The notes under the pieces: model-generated
What the model was told of the DNA's origin: nothing
The model's input: only the letters and a program-made list of their open reading frames with translations
Database searches by the model: none
Shown here: in pieces, positions 8,005 through 16,189 of the stretch
How positions within the stretch are numbered: position 1 is the stretch's first letter
How the letters are laid out: every line of letters begins with the position of its first letter
Made by a program: the position numbers and the translations under genes
Source: Telmatocola sphagniphila
Lineage (GTDB): Bacteria; Planctomycetota; Planctomycetia; Gemmatales; Gemmataceae
Reading direction: 5' to 3'
Assembly (NCBI RefSeq): GCF_018398935.1
Contig: NZ_CP074694.1
Coordinates: 270,001-302,000 of the forward strand
DNA: 32,000 nt

Positions 8005-8283
8005 ATGAAAATCATCCTTACTTCAATATCCGCTTTTGCTGTACTCTTCGCCTGCACCGGCTTGGCTTCGGCCCATGAGATCCACCGCGGCCACCCGGCA
8101 GTAATCGTCAAATCCCGATCCTATCGCCCTGCATGTGAAACTGTGATTGTCAACCCGGCACCGGTTTGTACTCCAGCCATTGTCGGAGTTGCGGCTCCTC
8201 CAGTATGTGTGCCGAAGGTGATCATCCCAAGCGTTCATTACCGAAGCTTCCATAACGTCCATGGCTGGAATCATCGCCGGTAG
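8005..8283 (+). CDS. Small secreted His/Cys/Pro-rich protein, unknown function
   Basis: 92 aa. AAGGGAG lies upstream. Signal peptide MKIILTSISAFAVLFACTGLASA. The mature part has His clusters (HEIHRGHP; HYRSFHNVHGWNHRR) and a duplicated P-x-VC-x-P motif. A strong intrinsic terminator follows. Confidence 0.6.
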   Translation: MKIILTSISAFAVLFACTGLASAHEIHRGHPAVIVKSRSYRPACETVIVNPAPVCTPAIVGVAAPPVCVPKVIIPSVHYRSFHNVHGWNHRR

Positions 8284-8315
8284 GACATTCAACACTCTCG
8301 CCTTTTAAACTCGAA

Positions 8316-8342
8316 GACTGGGAACTCCCCAGTCTTTTTTTT
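8316..8342 (+). terminator. Rho-independent terminator of the 8005..8283 gene
   Basis: GACTGGG (8316-8322), loop AACTC, CCCAGTC (8328-8334), then T8 (8335-8342). Confidence 0.8.
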
Positions 8343-8360
8343 GTCGGGTCGCAGCCAACG

Positions 8361-8388
8361 AAAAAAAGGACTTCGCTGAGCGGAGTCC
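8361..8388 (-). terminator. Rho-independent terminator of the 8418..8717 gene
   Basis: On the minus strand: GGACTCCGC, loop TCA, GCGAAGTCC (9-bp stem with one G-U pair, 8368-8388), followed by T7 (complement of A7 at 8361-8367). Confidence 0.75.
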
Positions 8389-8417
8389 TTCAGGGAGTTC
8401 AAGCGATTGAGAGCGTA

Positions 8418-8717
8418 TTAGAACTGGTCGAGCCAGAAGTGGCTACCGCGGTAATACTTCATCGGCTGGAAGAGTTCGTATCGCCAGTTGGGTTCTTTGA
8501 AGGCCGGGTAAGCCTGGTATGCTGGTGGACGGACATACGGTTGTCCGGCTGGCTCAGGCCACTGTGGGCTCTGCGTGGGCCAGTAGCTGTGGGGGAAGTA
8601 ATAATAGGGATAGTAATACATCCGGGGCAACGGTGGATCGCCAGCTTGAGCGGTTCCACCCCAGGCCGCGAACAATCCCATTGCCAGGGCCAGGCCCAGT
8701 ACAGTGCGTCGGAACAT
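8418..8717 (-). CDS. Small secreted Tyr/Pro/Trp-rich protein, unknown function
   Basis: Track ORF 8418..8861, trimmed to ATG 8717 because AGGAGGA lies 4 nt upstream (complement of 8722-8728). Translation MFRRTVLGLALAMGLFAAWGGTAQA (signal peptide) then GDPPLPRMYYYPYYYFPHSYWPTQSPQWPEPAGQPYVRPPAYQAYPAFKEPNWRYELFQPMKYYRGSHFWLDQF. Confidence 0.6.
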   Translation of the reverse strand: MFRRTVLGLALAMGLFAAWGGTAQAGDPPLPRMYYYPYYYFPHSYWPTQSPQWPEPAGQPYVRPPAYQAYPAFKEPNWRYELFQPMKYYRGSHFWLDQF

Positions 8718-8904
8718 GGATTCCTCCTGAATATACGGCCGATTCGCGACCGTTGATTTCCTTATCCTCATCATCGTAATTTGCATATCCCTCCCTGTAG
8801 GCACCACAAGCCAATGGGGGCTGAAAAGCCTAGAACAGACGATACGTTGCACCGATTGCAATCGACTCGCCGGGTCTACCGTTTAGACCAGGGAATTTGA
8901 AAAA

Positions 8905-10395
8905 ATGTTGCGGAATGGAAAGGCTTTTTCTCAAGTGGCTGATTCCCATCTGAATTATGACAATCCTCTGATCGGTCGTTATGCCTCCAAAGCCATGGCG
9001 GAACGGTGGGGACCGCTGCGAAAATTTCGAACCTGGCGCCGGCTCTGGCTGGCCCTGGCAGAAAGTCAGGCCGAACTGGGATTGCTCGCCGATGATCGCA
9101 AAACGCCGCGAATTCAACCTGCCCAGTTGCAGGAGTTGCGGGAGCACCTGGACGACATCCACTTTGAACGAGCCGACTTCTACGAGAAAAAACTTCGGCA
9201 CGACGTGATGGCCCACATTCATGCCCTGGGAGAAGTGGCCCCTCGAGGTCGAGAGATCGTGCACTTGGGAGCAACCAGCTGCTTCGTGACCGACAACACC
9301 GACCTACTTCTGATGCGCGAGAGCCTGGACGATATTCTGGGAAAGCTCGCCTCGCTGATCGATTCCCTGGCCAAGTTCGCGGCCACCTGGAAGTCCGAAC
9401 CGAGTTTGGGATTCACGCACTTTCAACCGGCACAACTCACTACGGTTGGCAAGCGGGCTACACTTTGGTGTTACGACCTGATCCTGGATTTGCACGATCT
9501 CGAGCATCGTCGAGAAAATTTGAAATTCCGGGGGGCCAAGGGAACTACCGGAACTCAAGCGAGTTTCCTGGCCTTGTTTCACGGCGATCACGCCAAAGTT
9601 CGAGAACTCGATCGTCTGGTATCGAAAAAAATGGGCTTCGATCGGACGCTGGCAGTCACCGGACAGACGTATACCCGCAAGCTCGATTCGCAAATCCTGG
9701 ATGCCCTAAGTGGCCTGGGCCAAAGTCTTCATAAATGGGGCAACGATCTCCGGCTCCTGGCTCACCGACAGGAAATCGACGAACCTTTCGAGGCCGATCA
9801 GGTCGGTTCCTCAGCCATGGCCTATAAACGAAACCCGATGCGGGCGGAGCGGCTTTGCTCGCTGTCTCGATTTTTGATGAATCTTCCCGCTATGTCGGCT
9901 CAGACCGTCGCCACGCAGTGGTTCGAACGCACTTTGGATGATTCCGCCATTCGTCGTCTCTATATTCCTCAAGCCTTTTTGGCCGCCGATGCCTGTTTGA
10001 AACTGGCACTGAATGTCGCCAACGGACTGGTTGTGAATCGAGCCGTGATAGCCCGAAATGTTCAGGAACAACTCCCTTACATGGCCACCGAGAATCTGAT
10101 GATGGCCGCCGTGGCCAAAGGGCAGGATCGGCAGGAAGTGCACGAAGCGGTTCGAAAACATAGCCATGTGGTTACTGCGGGGCTGAAGGACAATTCGATG
10201 ACCTCGGCAGAACTGATTACCCGCTTGAAAGGCGAAGCACTTTTTTCCGGAGTCGATTTTGCCGGCGAAATGGCGCCCATACGCTACGTGGGTCGATCCC
10301 CCGAACAAGTAGAGGAATTTCTCGCCGCGGAAGTCGAACCGATCCGCGAAAAGTACTGTAAGTTACTTGGCCAGAAGGGTGAAGTATCTATTTAG
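8905..10395 (+). CDS. purB: Adenylosuccinate lyase (long, eukaryote-like ADSL type)
   Basis: 496 aa. NPLIGRYASKAMAERWGP..FRTWRRLWLALAE at the N-terminus. The fumarate-lyase signature is VGSSAMAYKRNPMRAE. Confidence 0.93.
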   Translation: MLRNGKAFSQVADSHLNYDNPLIGRYASKAMAERWGPLRKFRTWRRLWLALAESQAELGLLADDRKTPRIQPAQLQELREHLDDIHFERADFYEKKLRHDVMAHIHALGEVAPRGREIVHLGATSCFVTDNTDLLLMRESLDDILGKLASLIDSLAKFAATWKSEPSLGFTHFQPAQLTTVGKRATLWCYDLILDLHDLEHRRENLKFRGAKGTTGTQASFLALFHGDHAKVRELDRLVSKKMGFDRTLAVTGQTYTRKLDSQILDALSGLGQSLHKWGNDLRLLAHRQEIDEPFEADQVGSSAMAYKRNPMRAERLCSLSRFLMNLPAMSAQTVATQWFERTLDDSAIRRLYIPQAFLAADACLKLALNVANGLVVNRAVIARNVQEQLPYMATENLMMAAVAKGQDRQEVHEAVRKHSHVVTAGLKDNSMTSAELITRLKGEALFSGVDFAGEMAPIRYVGRSPEQVEEFLAAEVEPIREKYCKLLGQKGEVSI

Positions 10396-10425
10396 GAAGA
10401 TGTATTCTTTTAGGAGGCTAACGGT

Positions 10426-10848
10426 ATGAAACGGTTTTTTTCGACAATCGCAGCGGCGGTGCTCCTGGTATCCTTCGGCAGTTCCCAGGAACCGCTGATG
10501 CATACCAAGGATACTCCCGAGGAAGTGAAGAAAAATCTCAAGGATAAGAAGGCAATTCTTCTCGATGTGCGTTCGATGGATGAATGGGAAGCCGGCCATC
10601 TGAAAGATGCGACCTTCATGCCCTTGACGGAAATGAAGAAGGTGGATGAGGACAAATTGAAGGCACTCGCCAAAGACAAGATCATATACACGCATTGTGG
10701 TGCCGGACGGCGAGCTCTGGAGGCGGGAAAGATTCTCAAAGAAAAAGGCTTCGACGTTCGTCCGCTGAAACTGGGCTTCGAAGATCTGGTCAACGAAGGC
10801 TTCCCCAAAGCGGAAGAGAAAAAGAAGGACGACAAGGAAAAGAACTGA
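10426..10848 (+). CDS. Secreted rhodanese-like sulfurtransferase domain protein
   Basis: 140 aa. AGGAGG lies upstream and there is a signal peptide. ILLDVRSMDEWEAGHLKDA, and the active-site loop HCGAGRRA. Lys/Asp-rich tail. Confidence 0.85.
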   Translation: MKRFFSTIAAAVLLVSFGSSQEPLMHTKDTPEEVKKNLKDKKAILLDVRSMDEWEAGHLKDATFMPLTEMKKVDEDKLKALAKDKIIYTHCGAGRRALEAGKILKEKGFDVRPLKLGFEDLVNEGFPKAEEKKKDDKEKN

Positions 10849-10914
10849 TTTTTTTGCTAAAACATCCCTGCTGCTTTCACTACCTTTTCGTCGATCCTTT
10901 AGGGATGTCTCTCC

Positions 10915-12012
10915 ATGCAAAGCGAATATCTCTTCCCCGTCCGTCGCGACTTTTTAAAAATGGCTGCGGCAGGTACGGCTGCAGTTTTCACCGGTAGCTT
11001 GGCCTCCGCTGCTGACTCCAAGCCGGTCACCATCGGCGAAGGCAAATTCAAATTCACTCTCGATGAGAACTGGGGCAAGCTTCCCAGCGGCATGCACTAT
11101 GGGCTGGGTTGTGCCATCGTGGTCGATTCCAAAGATCGCATCATAGTGACCAGCCGCTCCGAGAATCCCTGCGTAGCCATCTTCGATACCGATGGGAAAT
11201 TGCTGGAAACCTGGAGCAAGGAACTTTCCGAGAAGATCGGCTACACTCCTCAGCAGATCGCTGGTACCGCTCACGGCCTGTATTGGAGCAAGGAACTCTC
11301 CGGCGAATTCCTCTACTGGACGGAGAATGTGGCCGGGAGCGGTAAGAAGGATAATCCGCGCATTGGAGCCCGCGTTTACAAAACCGACATGCAGGGCAAA
11401 ATTCTTTATGAACTCGGCAATGTGAATAAAGAAGGCGATACCACTCAGAAATTCGATTTCAAAAATCCCACCGATGTCGCGATTGCCCCCAACGGCGATA
11501 TTTACATCGTCGATGGTTACGGCAGTCAACTACTCTACCGCTTCGACAAGAATTTCAAACATCTGAAAACCATTGGCGGTCCCGGGAATACCCACGGCAA
11601 GTTCAGCACATGCCACGGCGTCTGGGTCAGCACTCTGAACAAAGAACAGGAAGTCTACGTGGCAGATCGCGCCAACAATCGAATTGAAATCTTCTCACTC
11701 GAACTTGACTACAAACGAACCGTTCCCGGGGTACGCAATCCCTGCTGCTTCTACCAGCACGATGGACATCTCTATATCCCGGAACTCGATCAACGGGTCA
11801 CGGTTATGGATTCCTCCGATAAACTGGTGGCTTTTTTGGGCGACGGCCATTCCAAGGAAGGTAAAAAATTGGCGGAAAAAGATGTGAACGCCAATCCCGA
11901 TAAGTTCTTCACCCCGCACGCACTGACGCTGGATTCGAAAGGGAACTTGTACATCCTGGAATGGATCGGCTTCGGTCGCGTTCGTAAATTTGCCAACGCC
12001 GGAGCAATTTAG
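10915..12012 (+). CDS. TAT-exported NHL-repeat six-bladed beta-propeller protein (peptidyl-alpha-hydroxyglycine lyase-like fold)
   Basis: 365 aa. Twin-arginine signal RRDFLKMAAAGTAAVFTGSLASA. Repeated NHL-like blades (PTDVAIAPNGDIYIVDGYGSQ; VYVADRANNRIEIF; PHALTLDSKGNLYILE). Confidence 0.75.
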   Translation: MQSEYLFPVRRDFLKMAAAGTAAVFTGSLASAADSKPVTIGEGKFKFTLDENWGKLPSGMHYGLGCAIVVDSKDRIIVTSRSENPCVAIFDTDGKLLETWSKELSEKIGYTPQQIAGTAHGLYWSKELSGEFLYWTENVAGSGKKDNPRIGARVYKTDMQGKILYELGNVNKEGDTTQKFDFKNPTDVAIAPNGDIYIVDGYGSQLLYRFDKNFKHLKTIGGPGNTHGKFSTCHGVWVSTLNKEQEVYVADRANNRIEIFSLELDYKRTVPGVRNPCCFYQHDGHLYIPELDQRVTVMDSSDKLVAFLGDGHSKEGKKLAEKDVNANPDKFFTPHALTLDSKGNLYILEWIGFGRVRKFANAGAI

Positions 12013-12416
12013 TTGGCCTTCAACAACCCCGCGCTGGACTGGAAGATCTTCCGCCGGCGCTTTTTCTGAGGTTCACTTTCCGCCTGCTTTTCCTTGATGT
12101 CGTCGAGATTGGCCAGACAGGAAGCGCAACCGATTGTCTTGAGATGGAAATCGATGTAACCGTGCACATCAGGTTCCAGAATTCCATGCAGAAAACCGCT
12201 CAACTGTTCCCGGCTGGGACAGCTTAAACGTTCCCTCCGCCAGATAGCGCCCAGCGAATGCTCTCCCCGATCCTGCTCTTCCCGCACTTGTTTCAGGCGG
12301 AAGCGCAACTGTTCCGAATCGCGCAGCAGCTTCTCAATGCCGGACATCTCCGCATCGCTCAGTGCGTCCTCCAGATAGGCGTGGAGTTGTTCGCGGGTAA
12401 TTTCTTTTTCAATCAT
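12009..12416 (-). CDS. Soluble zf-HC2-like putative zinc-finger protein (anti-sigma-type fold, no TM, no adjacent sigma factor)
   Basis: 135 aa. LSGFLHGILEPDVHGYIDFHLKTIGCASCLANL resembles the H-x(n)-C-x2-C zf-HC2 pattern. The N-terminal half (LHAYLEDALSDAEMSGIEKLL) looks like a ligand-less copy. The functional call is tentative. Confidence 0.5.
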   Translation of the reverse strand: MIEKEITREQLHAYLEDALSDAEMSGIEKLLRDSEQLRFRLKQVREEQDRGEHSLGAIWRRERLSCPSREQLSGFLHGILEPDVHGYIDFHLKTIGCASCLANLDDIKEKQAESEPQKKRRRKIFQSSAGLLKAN

Positions 12417-12572
12417 GCGAAGCCAGGAAAGAGAGGAAAGTTTGAGAACCGTCCTAGCTTTCTATTGAAATGGATTAATCGGGATTGGTCAAGTTGGACT
12501 GGATTAATTCGTGGAAATCGGGGTATGTTAGGTCGTTAACATCGCCAAGGAAGGCGTAGAAGAGAAGGCGTC

Positions 12573-13403
12573 ATGATGATTTCATCCTCAGCCCGCATCC
12601 ATCCCACGGCCATAATTTCCGATCAGACAGAAATCGGGGATGATAGCACTGTAGGCCCATACACCATTATTGAGGGGCCGGTGAAAATTGGTCCCGATTG
12701 TCATATCGGTCCACGCGTGCATATGATCGGCGAGATCGTCATGGGGAAGGCCAATAGCGTCGGTACGGGTACCGTGCTCGGCGCCCCTCCCCAGCACACC
12801 GGCTATAAGGGAGATCCCACTAAACTGATTATTGGTGAGGGGAACACAATCCGAGAGTATGTGACCGTCCATGGATCTTATGTCGCGGGCGGTTCGACAA
12901 TCATCGGTAACAACAATTATCTGATGGTTAACTGCCATCTGGCTCACGATGCGATTCTAGGTAACAACTGTATTCTGGTTAACGGGGCTTTGATAGCCGG
13001 CCATGCCATCATTTACGACCGGGCGTTGATCTCCGGCAACGCGGCCATTCATCAATTCGGTTCAGTCGGTAAACTCGCTCTGCTCAGCGGTTCGGCCACT
13101 GCAACGAAAGACGTACCTCCTTTTTCCATTACCTTCGACCGCAATCTGTTTGGTGGAGTGAATATCGTCGGTATGCGACGAGCCGGCTATGACAGTAAAT
13201 CCATCAATATTGTCCGAAAAGCCTACCAGATTCTTTACTCCAAGGGCTACACGATCAAGTATGCCATGGCGCTGATCGAGCAAGAATTGGGAGAACATGA
13301 AGTCATTCAGGACATGATCACCTTCATTAAAAATTCGAAGCGGGGAATCGCAGGAACCGCACCGCGCTCGACGCTCACTTCCAACGAAAATCATGCGGCT
13401 TAG
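12573..13403 (+). CDS. lpxA: Acyl-ACP--UDP-N-acetylglucosamine O-acyltransferase
   Basis: 276 aa. Left-handed beta-helix hexapeptide repeats (IHPTAIISDQTEIGDDSTVGPYTIIEGPVKIGPDCHIGP...) and the LpxA C-terminal helical domain (GVNIVGMRRAGYDSKSINIVRKAYQILY). Confidence 0.92.
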   Translation: MMISSSARIHPTAIISDQTEIGDDSTVGPYTIIEGPVKIGPDCHIGPRVHMIGEIVMGKANSVGTGTVLGAPPQHTGYKGDPTKLIIGEGNTIREYVTVHGSYVAGGSTIIGNNNYLMVNCHLAHDAILGNNCILVNGALIAGHAIIYDRALISGNAAIHQFGSVGKLALLSGSATATKDVPPFSITFDRNLFGGVNIVGMRRAGYDSKSINIVRKAYQILYSKGYTIKYAMALIEQELGEHEVIQDMITFIKNSKRGIAGTAPRSTLTSNENHAA

Positions 13404-13430
13404 CTTTTGGGAATTTAGTATACTCGATGC

Positions 13431-14351
13431 ATGCTGGAAATCCGGGATGCTAAGCCGTTCGTAAAACCGATCATCTCCGAACAGGGTTTTCTCCCTGAGG
13501 GGCCGAGTCGGCTCGTGGTTGATGGGCGTCCCGCACTCTCCTGGGTGAACATCCAGACTGGAGTCGACGCACTTCGCGGTGAGATCCATCTTTTCTTCTG
13601 GGACACTCACGAACGCCGGATTCTCACCCAAGCCGGTCGGCCAGGATTCGCTCTCCCAATCGGCCCACAGAATACGATGGTCTGCGGCATGGATAAAACG
13701 GTGGGAATCGTCGATCTTTCGCAAAACAGCTGGATGCCCCTGACCACAATTCCGGATACGAGCCCGTTTACGATCATCAACGATGCTTTGCTCTCCGACT
13801 GCCAGACCAAGCTTTATTTTGGTACGAAAGATGTTCGCTTTTTAGAGCCGATCGGCCATCTGTACGAGTACGATCTGGTGGCGAATCATCTGACCACCTT
13901 GATCGACCGGCAAACTTGCTCTAATGGCAAAATAATTCGAAAACGTTCGCGAGGGATCGAGCTTCTGGATATCGATACTCCGACCAGGAAGGTCGTTCGC
14001 TACGAAATTGAGGATTCGAAAATCGTCGGTCAATCGGTGGCGTTGGATCTGAAAGAGGCTGCCGGGTTTCCCGATGGGATGACCTCAGCGAATGACCAAA
14101 GTGTGATCATTTCGTTTTACAATCCGGAGCCAGCGGACCATGGTTTGACCGTCGAGTACGACCTCCGTACCGCTACGGCACTCAAAATGTGGAAAACACC
14201 CGGCGCCCCTCGCGCGACCTGCCCGGTGCTGATGGAACGGGACGGACAGCGGGAATTATACATCACCACCTGTTCCGAAGGGGGTGGTGAAAAAGCGGGG
14301 ATCAATGCCGGTGTGATTTTTTGGGCGACTTACGACACTTCGCGTGTCTAA
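13431..14351 (+). CDS. SMP-30/gluconolactonase/LRE-like beta-propeller protein
   Basis: 306 aa. LPEGP near the N-terminus, INDALLSD..LYFGT, CSNGK and FPDGMT follow the family motif order. It lies 27 nt downstream of lpxA on the same strand. Confidence 0.7.
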   Translation: MLEIRDAKPFVKPIISEQGFLPEGPSRLVVDGRPALSWVNIQTGVDALRGEIHLFFWDTHERRILTQAGRPGFALPIGPQNTMVCGMDKTVGIVDLSQNSWMPLTTIPDTSPFTIINDALLSDCQTKLYFGTKDVRFLEPIGHLYEYDLVANHLTTLIDRQTCSNGKIIRKRSRGIELLDIDTPTRKVVRYEIEDSKIVGQSVALDLKEAAGFPDGMTSANDQSVIISFYNPEPADHGLTVEYDLRTATALKMWKTPGAPRATCPVLMERDGQRELYITTCSEGGGEKAGINAGVIFWATYDTSRV

Positions 14352-14839
14352 AACTTCAGATCGCTTTCCGTGTAGATCGTAAAACCCTTTTCCTGGAGCG
14401 TCTGCACGGCCATTTCATGATCGGAGACGTGTAACGCCAGTGCGGTGCTACCCTCGAATCCTACACCCATCAGTAATGGATAGGCATAGTGAATACTGAT
14501 TTCCGCGGAGAGAAGCGCTTTGCAGATTTCCACCAGAGGCTGATTGCTGTTAGGAAGTTTTACGACCACCAGATCGCTCTCGGTGACCATCATTTTGGCC
14601 AGCTTAAATATTTCCAGAGCCCGTTCGGGATCGGAAAGCACCATTCGAATGATGGCACAGTCGGCGGAATCGACAACAGTCAGCGAGACGATCCGAACAT
14701 CAGTGGCTTCAAAACGTCGGACCACATTCATCATGGCCCCGAGCCGGTTTTCGAGAAAGACATTGAACTGACGAACGCTGGGATAATCCCGCCCTCGAGC
14801 AGTTATCGTGTCGATATCGTCTCCTTCGCCGAAATTCAT
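14348..14839 (-). CDS. ACT-domain (amino-acid-binding) protein, tandem ACT-like halves
   Basis: 163 aa. Two beta-alpha-beta-beta-alpha-beta-like halves (RQFNVFLENRLGAMMNVVRRFEATDVRIVSLTV...; LVVVKLPNSNQPLVEICKALLSAEISIHYAY...). GAGGGA lies upstream. The stop overlaps the convergent gene by 4 nt. Confidence 0.6.
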   Translation of the reverse strand: MNFGEGDDIDTITARGRDYPSVRQFNVFLENRLGAMMNVVRRFEATDVRIVSLTVVDSADCAIIRMVLSDPERALEIFKLAKMMVTESDLVVVKLPNSNQPLVEICKALLSAEISIHYAYPLLMGVGFEGSTALALHVSDHEMAVQTLQEKGFTIYTESDLKF

Positions 14840-14956
14840 TGCAATCCCTCAATTGGGCGTTTTGGAGCAAGATGCGAAGTATAACCGAAAATAACGATGA
14901 ATGCCACGCCGGAAATCGATTTTTTTCGAGGGAAATTGACAAGAACAGAACGTTTT

Positions 14957-16072
14957 CTAATGAGTTTTAGTGAAATCTTGACCATCAATTGCTCTGTTCA
15001 CGAGCGCCCGGCTGTCCCTAAGAACCTGCGCCCGCCATTGCGGAGAATTCGGGCAAAAAGTATCCTGCAAGACTCTTTTCGTTCTATCCTGCGACTTTCC
15101 AGTATCTCTGGACCAGTGATGAGCCTGATTTTCAGCCCGAAGTGCTCCCAGTACGCGAATTGGTCCGTATGTGCCAAATTCCGCACAGAGATAGAAGTAT
15201 CGCCGATCAGGAAATTGGGAGGCCAGCCAGGGACCGAAGCCGCCACGCGTTTTGTAGGAGACCCCCGAAGCCCTACTGACTTCGATGTTTGGAGCTCCAA
15301 AAATCTCATTCAGATAGGAAACCTGAGACGGCGGCATACTCACATCGAGAAGCAATTTGTAGGTCGACCAGGGGCCCAGCCCGGTATGGAAATCCAGATG
15401 CATAATCTCACTCGATTCCCCGATCCAATCCGCCAGTTTAGCTTTCAGGATTTGTTGAGTGATGCAGGGGCGGGCACCGCCAAAAAAGAGGCCTTTTGGA
15501 AACTCATACTGTCCGGTGACAATAGCCTCCTTCAGGGCGGGCAGTCCATGCCGGGCAATCATCAGTAAGGCCCGAAGTGTAAAGAACTCAAACCTTGAAG
15601 GCGGTCGCTTGGGATTCAGCATTCCGTCGAAAATTTTGTAACCGGGCGGACTACCGGCAAAGCTTTCGCCTTCCAGAAGAAAGTTCCGGTTCGGATCGAT
15701 CGACTCGCTATCGAATCTTCTGAGAAAATGAAAGCCATACGGATTTAAGCCATGTATGAACACTAACCTCTGTCCAGGAACCGAGGCGGGGTTTTCCTTC
15801 CAGTCGTTCATCAAGGCCAACTGGACCGCGGAACCAAAAAATCCCTCGATTCCATGCAGGCCACTGGATACTACCAGGGCACGACTGTTATTCGTCCCCG
15901 GTTTGATCGCGACATCAATTGTTAAGGGCTCACCTTCAGAATCGGAGAGGCCAATAGCATGTGCTTCGAGCACCCAGTTCAATTGCCGGGCGAGGTTGCG
16001 AAAGCGTTCCCGAGCCTGGCGGTAATTGTCCGAAAATAGCGCGCGATTTTGCATAGGTTTTAGGTTCGCCAT
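14957..16072 (-). CDS. M14-family-like zinc carboxypeptidase/deacylase homologue (DUF2817-type)
   Basis: 371 aa. LVVSSGLHGIEGFFGS contains the H-x-x-E zinc motif in the context typical of DUF2817/succinylglutamate-desuccinylase-like proteins. A later HLDFHTG provides the third ligand context. Confidence 0.7.
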   Translation of the reverse strand: MANLKPMQNRALFSDNYRQARERFRNLARQLNWVLEAHAIGLSDSEGEPLTIDVAIKPGTNNSRALVVSSGLHGIEGFFGSAVQLALMNDWKENPASVPGQRLVFIHGLNPYGFHFLRRFDSESIDPNRNFLLEGESFAGSPPGYKIFDGMLNPKRPPSRFEFFTLRALLMIARHGLPALKEAIVTGQYEFPKGLFFGGARPCITQQILKAKLADWIGESSEIMHLDFHTGLGPWSTYKLLLDVSMPPSQVSYLNEIFGAPNIEVSRASGVSYKTRGGFGPWLASQFPDRRYFYLCAEFGTYGPIRVLGALRAENQAHHWSRDTGKSQDRTKRVLQDTFCPNSPQWRAQVLRDSRALVNRAIDGQDFTKTH

Positions 16073-16159
16073 AATCTTTTTGAGCGGCTTAAAAACTACT
16101 TGTCAATTACGACGAAACACTTTCTTGATTTTGAATTGTTTTCGTTTTCGGATGTTGAT

Positions 16160-16176
16160 ATTCTGCAATTCAGAAT
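16160..16176. promoter_or_regulatory. Inverted repeat ATTCTG-N5-CAGAAT in the AT-rich divergent intergenic region
   Basis: ATTCTGCAATTCAGAAT at 16160-16176, between the divergent M14-like and M48 genes. It falls inside the TTG-extended reading frame but upstream of the preferred ATG starts. The operator role is speculative. Confidence 0.15.
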
Positions 16177-16189
16177 CAGTTTCATTTTT

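Noticed and set aside
8005-8283. The 92-aa protein after exbD-exbD as a minimal TonB (hydrophobic N-terminus plus Pro-rich segment)
   Set aside because: It is far too short and has no TonB C-terminal domain. It is separated from exbD by 259 nt and has its own ribosome-binding site and terminator. The N-terminus looks like a cleavable signal rather than the TonB SHLS anchor.
8718-8861. 48-codon N-terminal extension of track ORF 8418..8861
   Set aside because: The AGGAGGA Shine-Dalgarno sequence sits directly before the internal ATG at 8717, which begins a canonical signal peptide. The upstream part is not protein-like.
8830-9693. Minus-strand ORFs (144, 132 and 129 aa) opposite purB
   Set aside because: These are shadow ORFs inside a gene with full-length adenylosuccinate-lyase similarity.
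10363-11529. Minus-strand ORFs of 185, 141 and 191 aa opposite the rhodanese and NHL genes
   Set aside because: These are shadow ORFs. They span intergenic regions without start-site support and have no motifs.
13062-13724. 220-aa minus ORF bridging lpxA and the gluconolactonase-like gene
   Set aside because: It crosses the lpxA stop and the intergenic gap and is antisense to two well-supported genes, so it is a shadow ORF.
14897-15568. 223-aa plus ORF opposite the M14-like gene
   Set aside because: It is a shadow ORF. The minus frame contains the HxxE zinc motif and family context.
16100-16189. TTG-initiated 30-codon extension of the M48 ORF
   Set aside because: The region is AT-rich and looks like a promoter, and its translation (MSITTKHFLDFELFSFSDVDILQFRISFIF) is unlikely to be coding. 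ATG starts with better context follow at 16190 and 16208.
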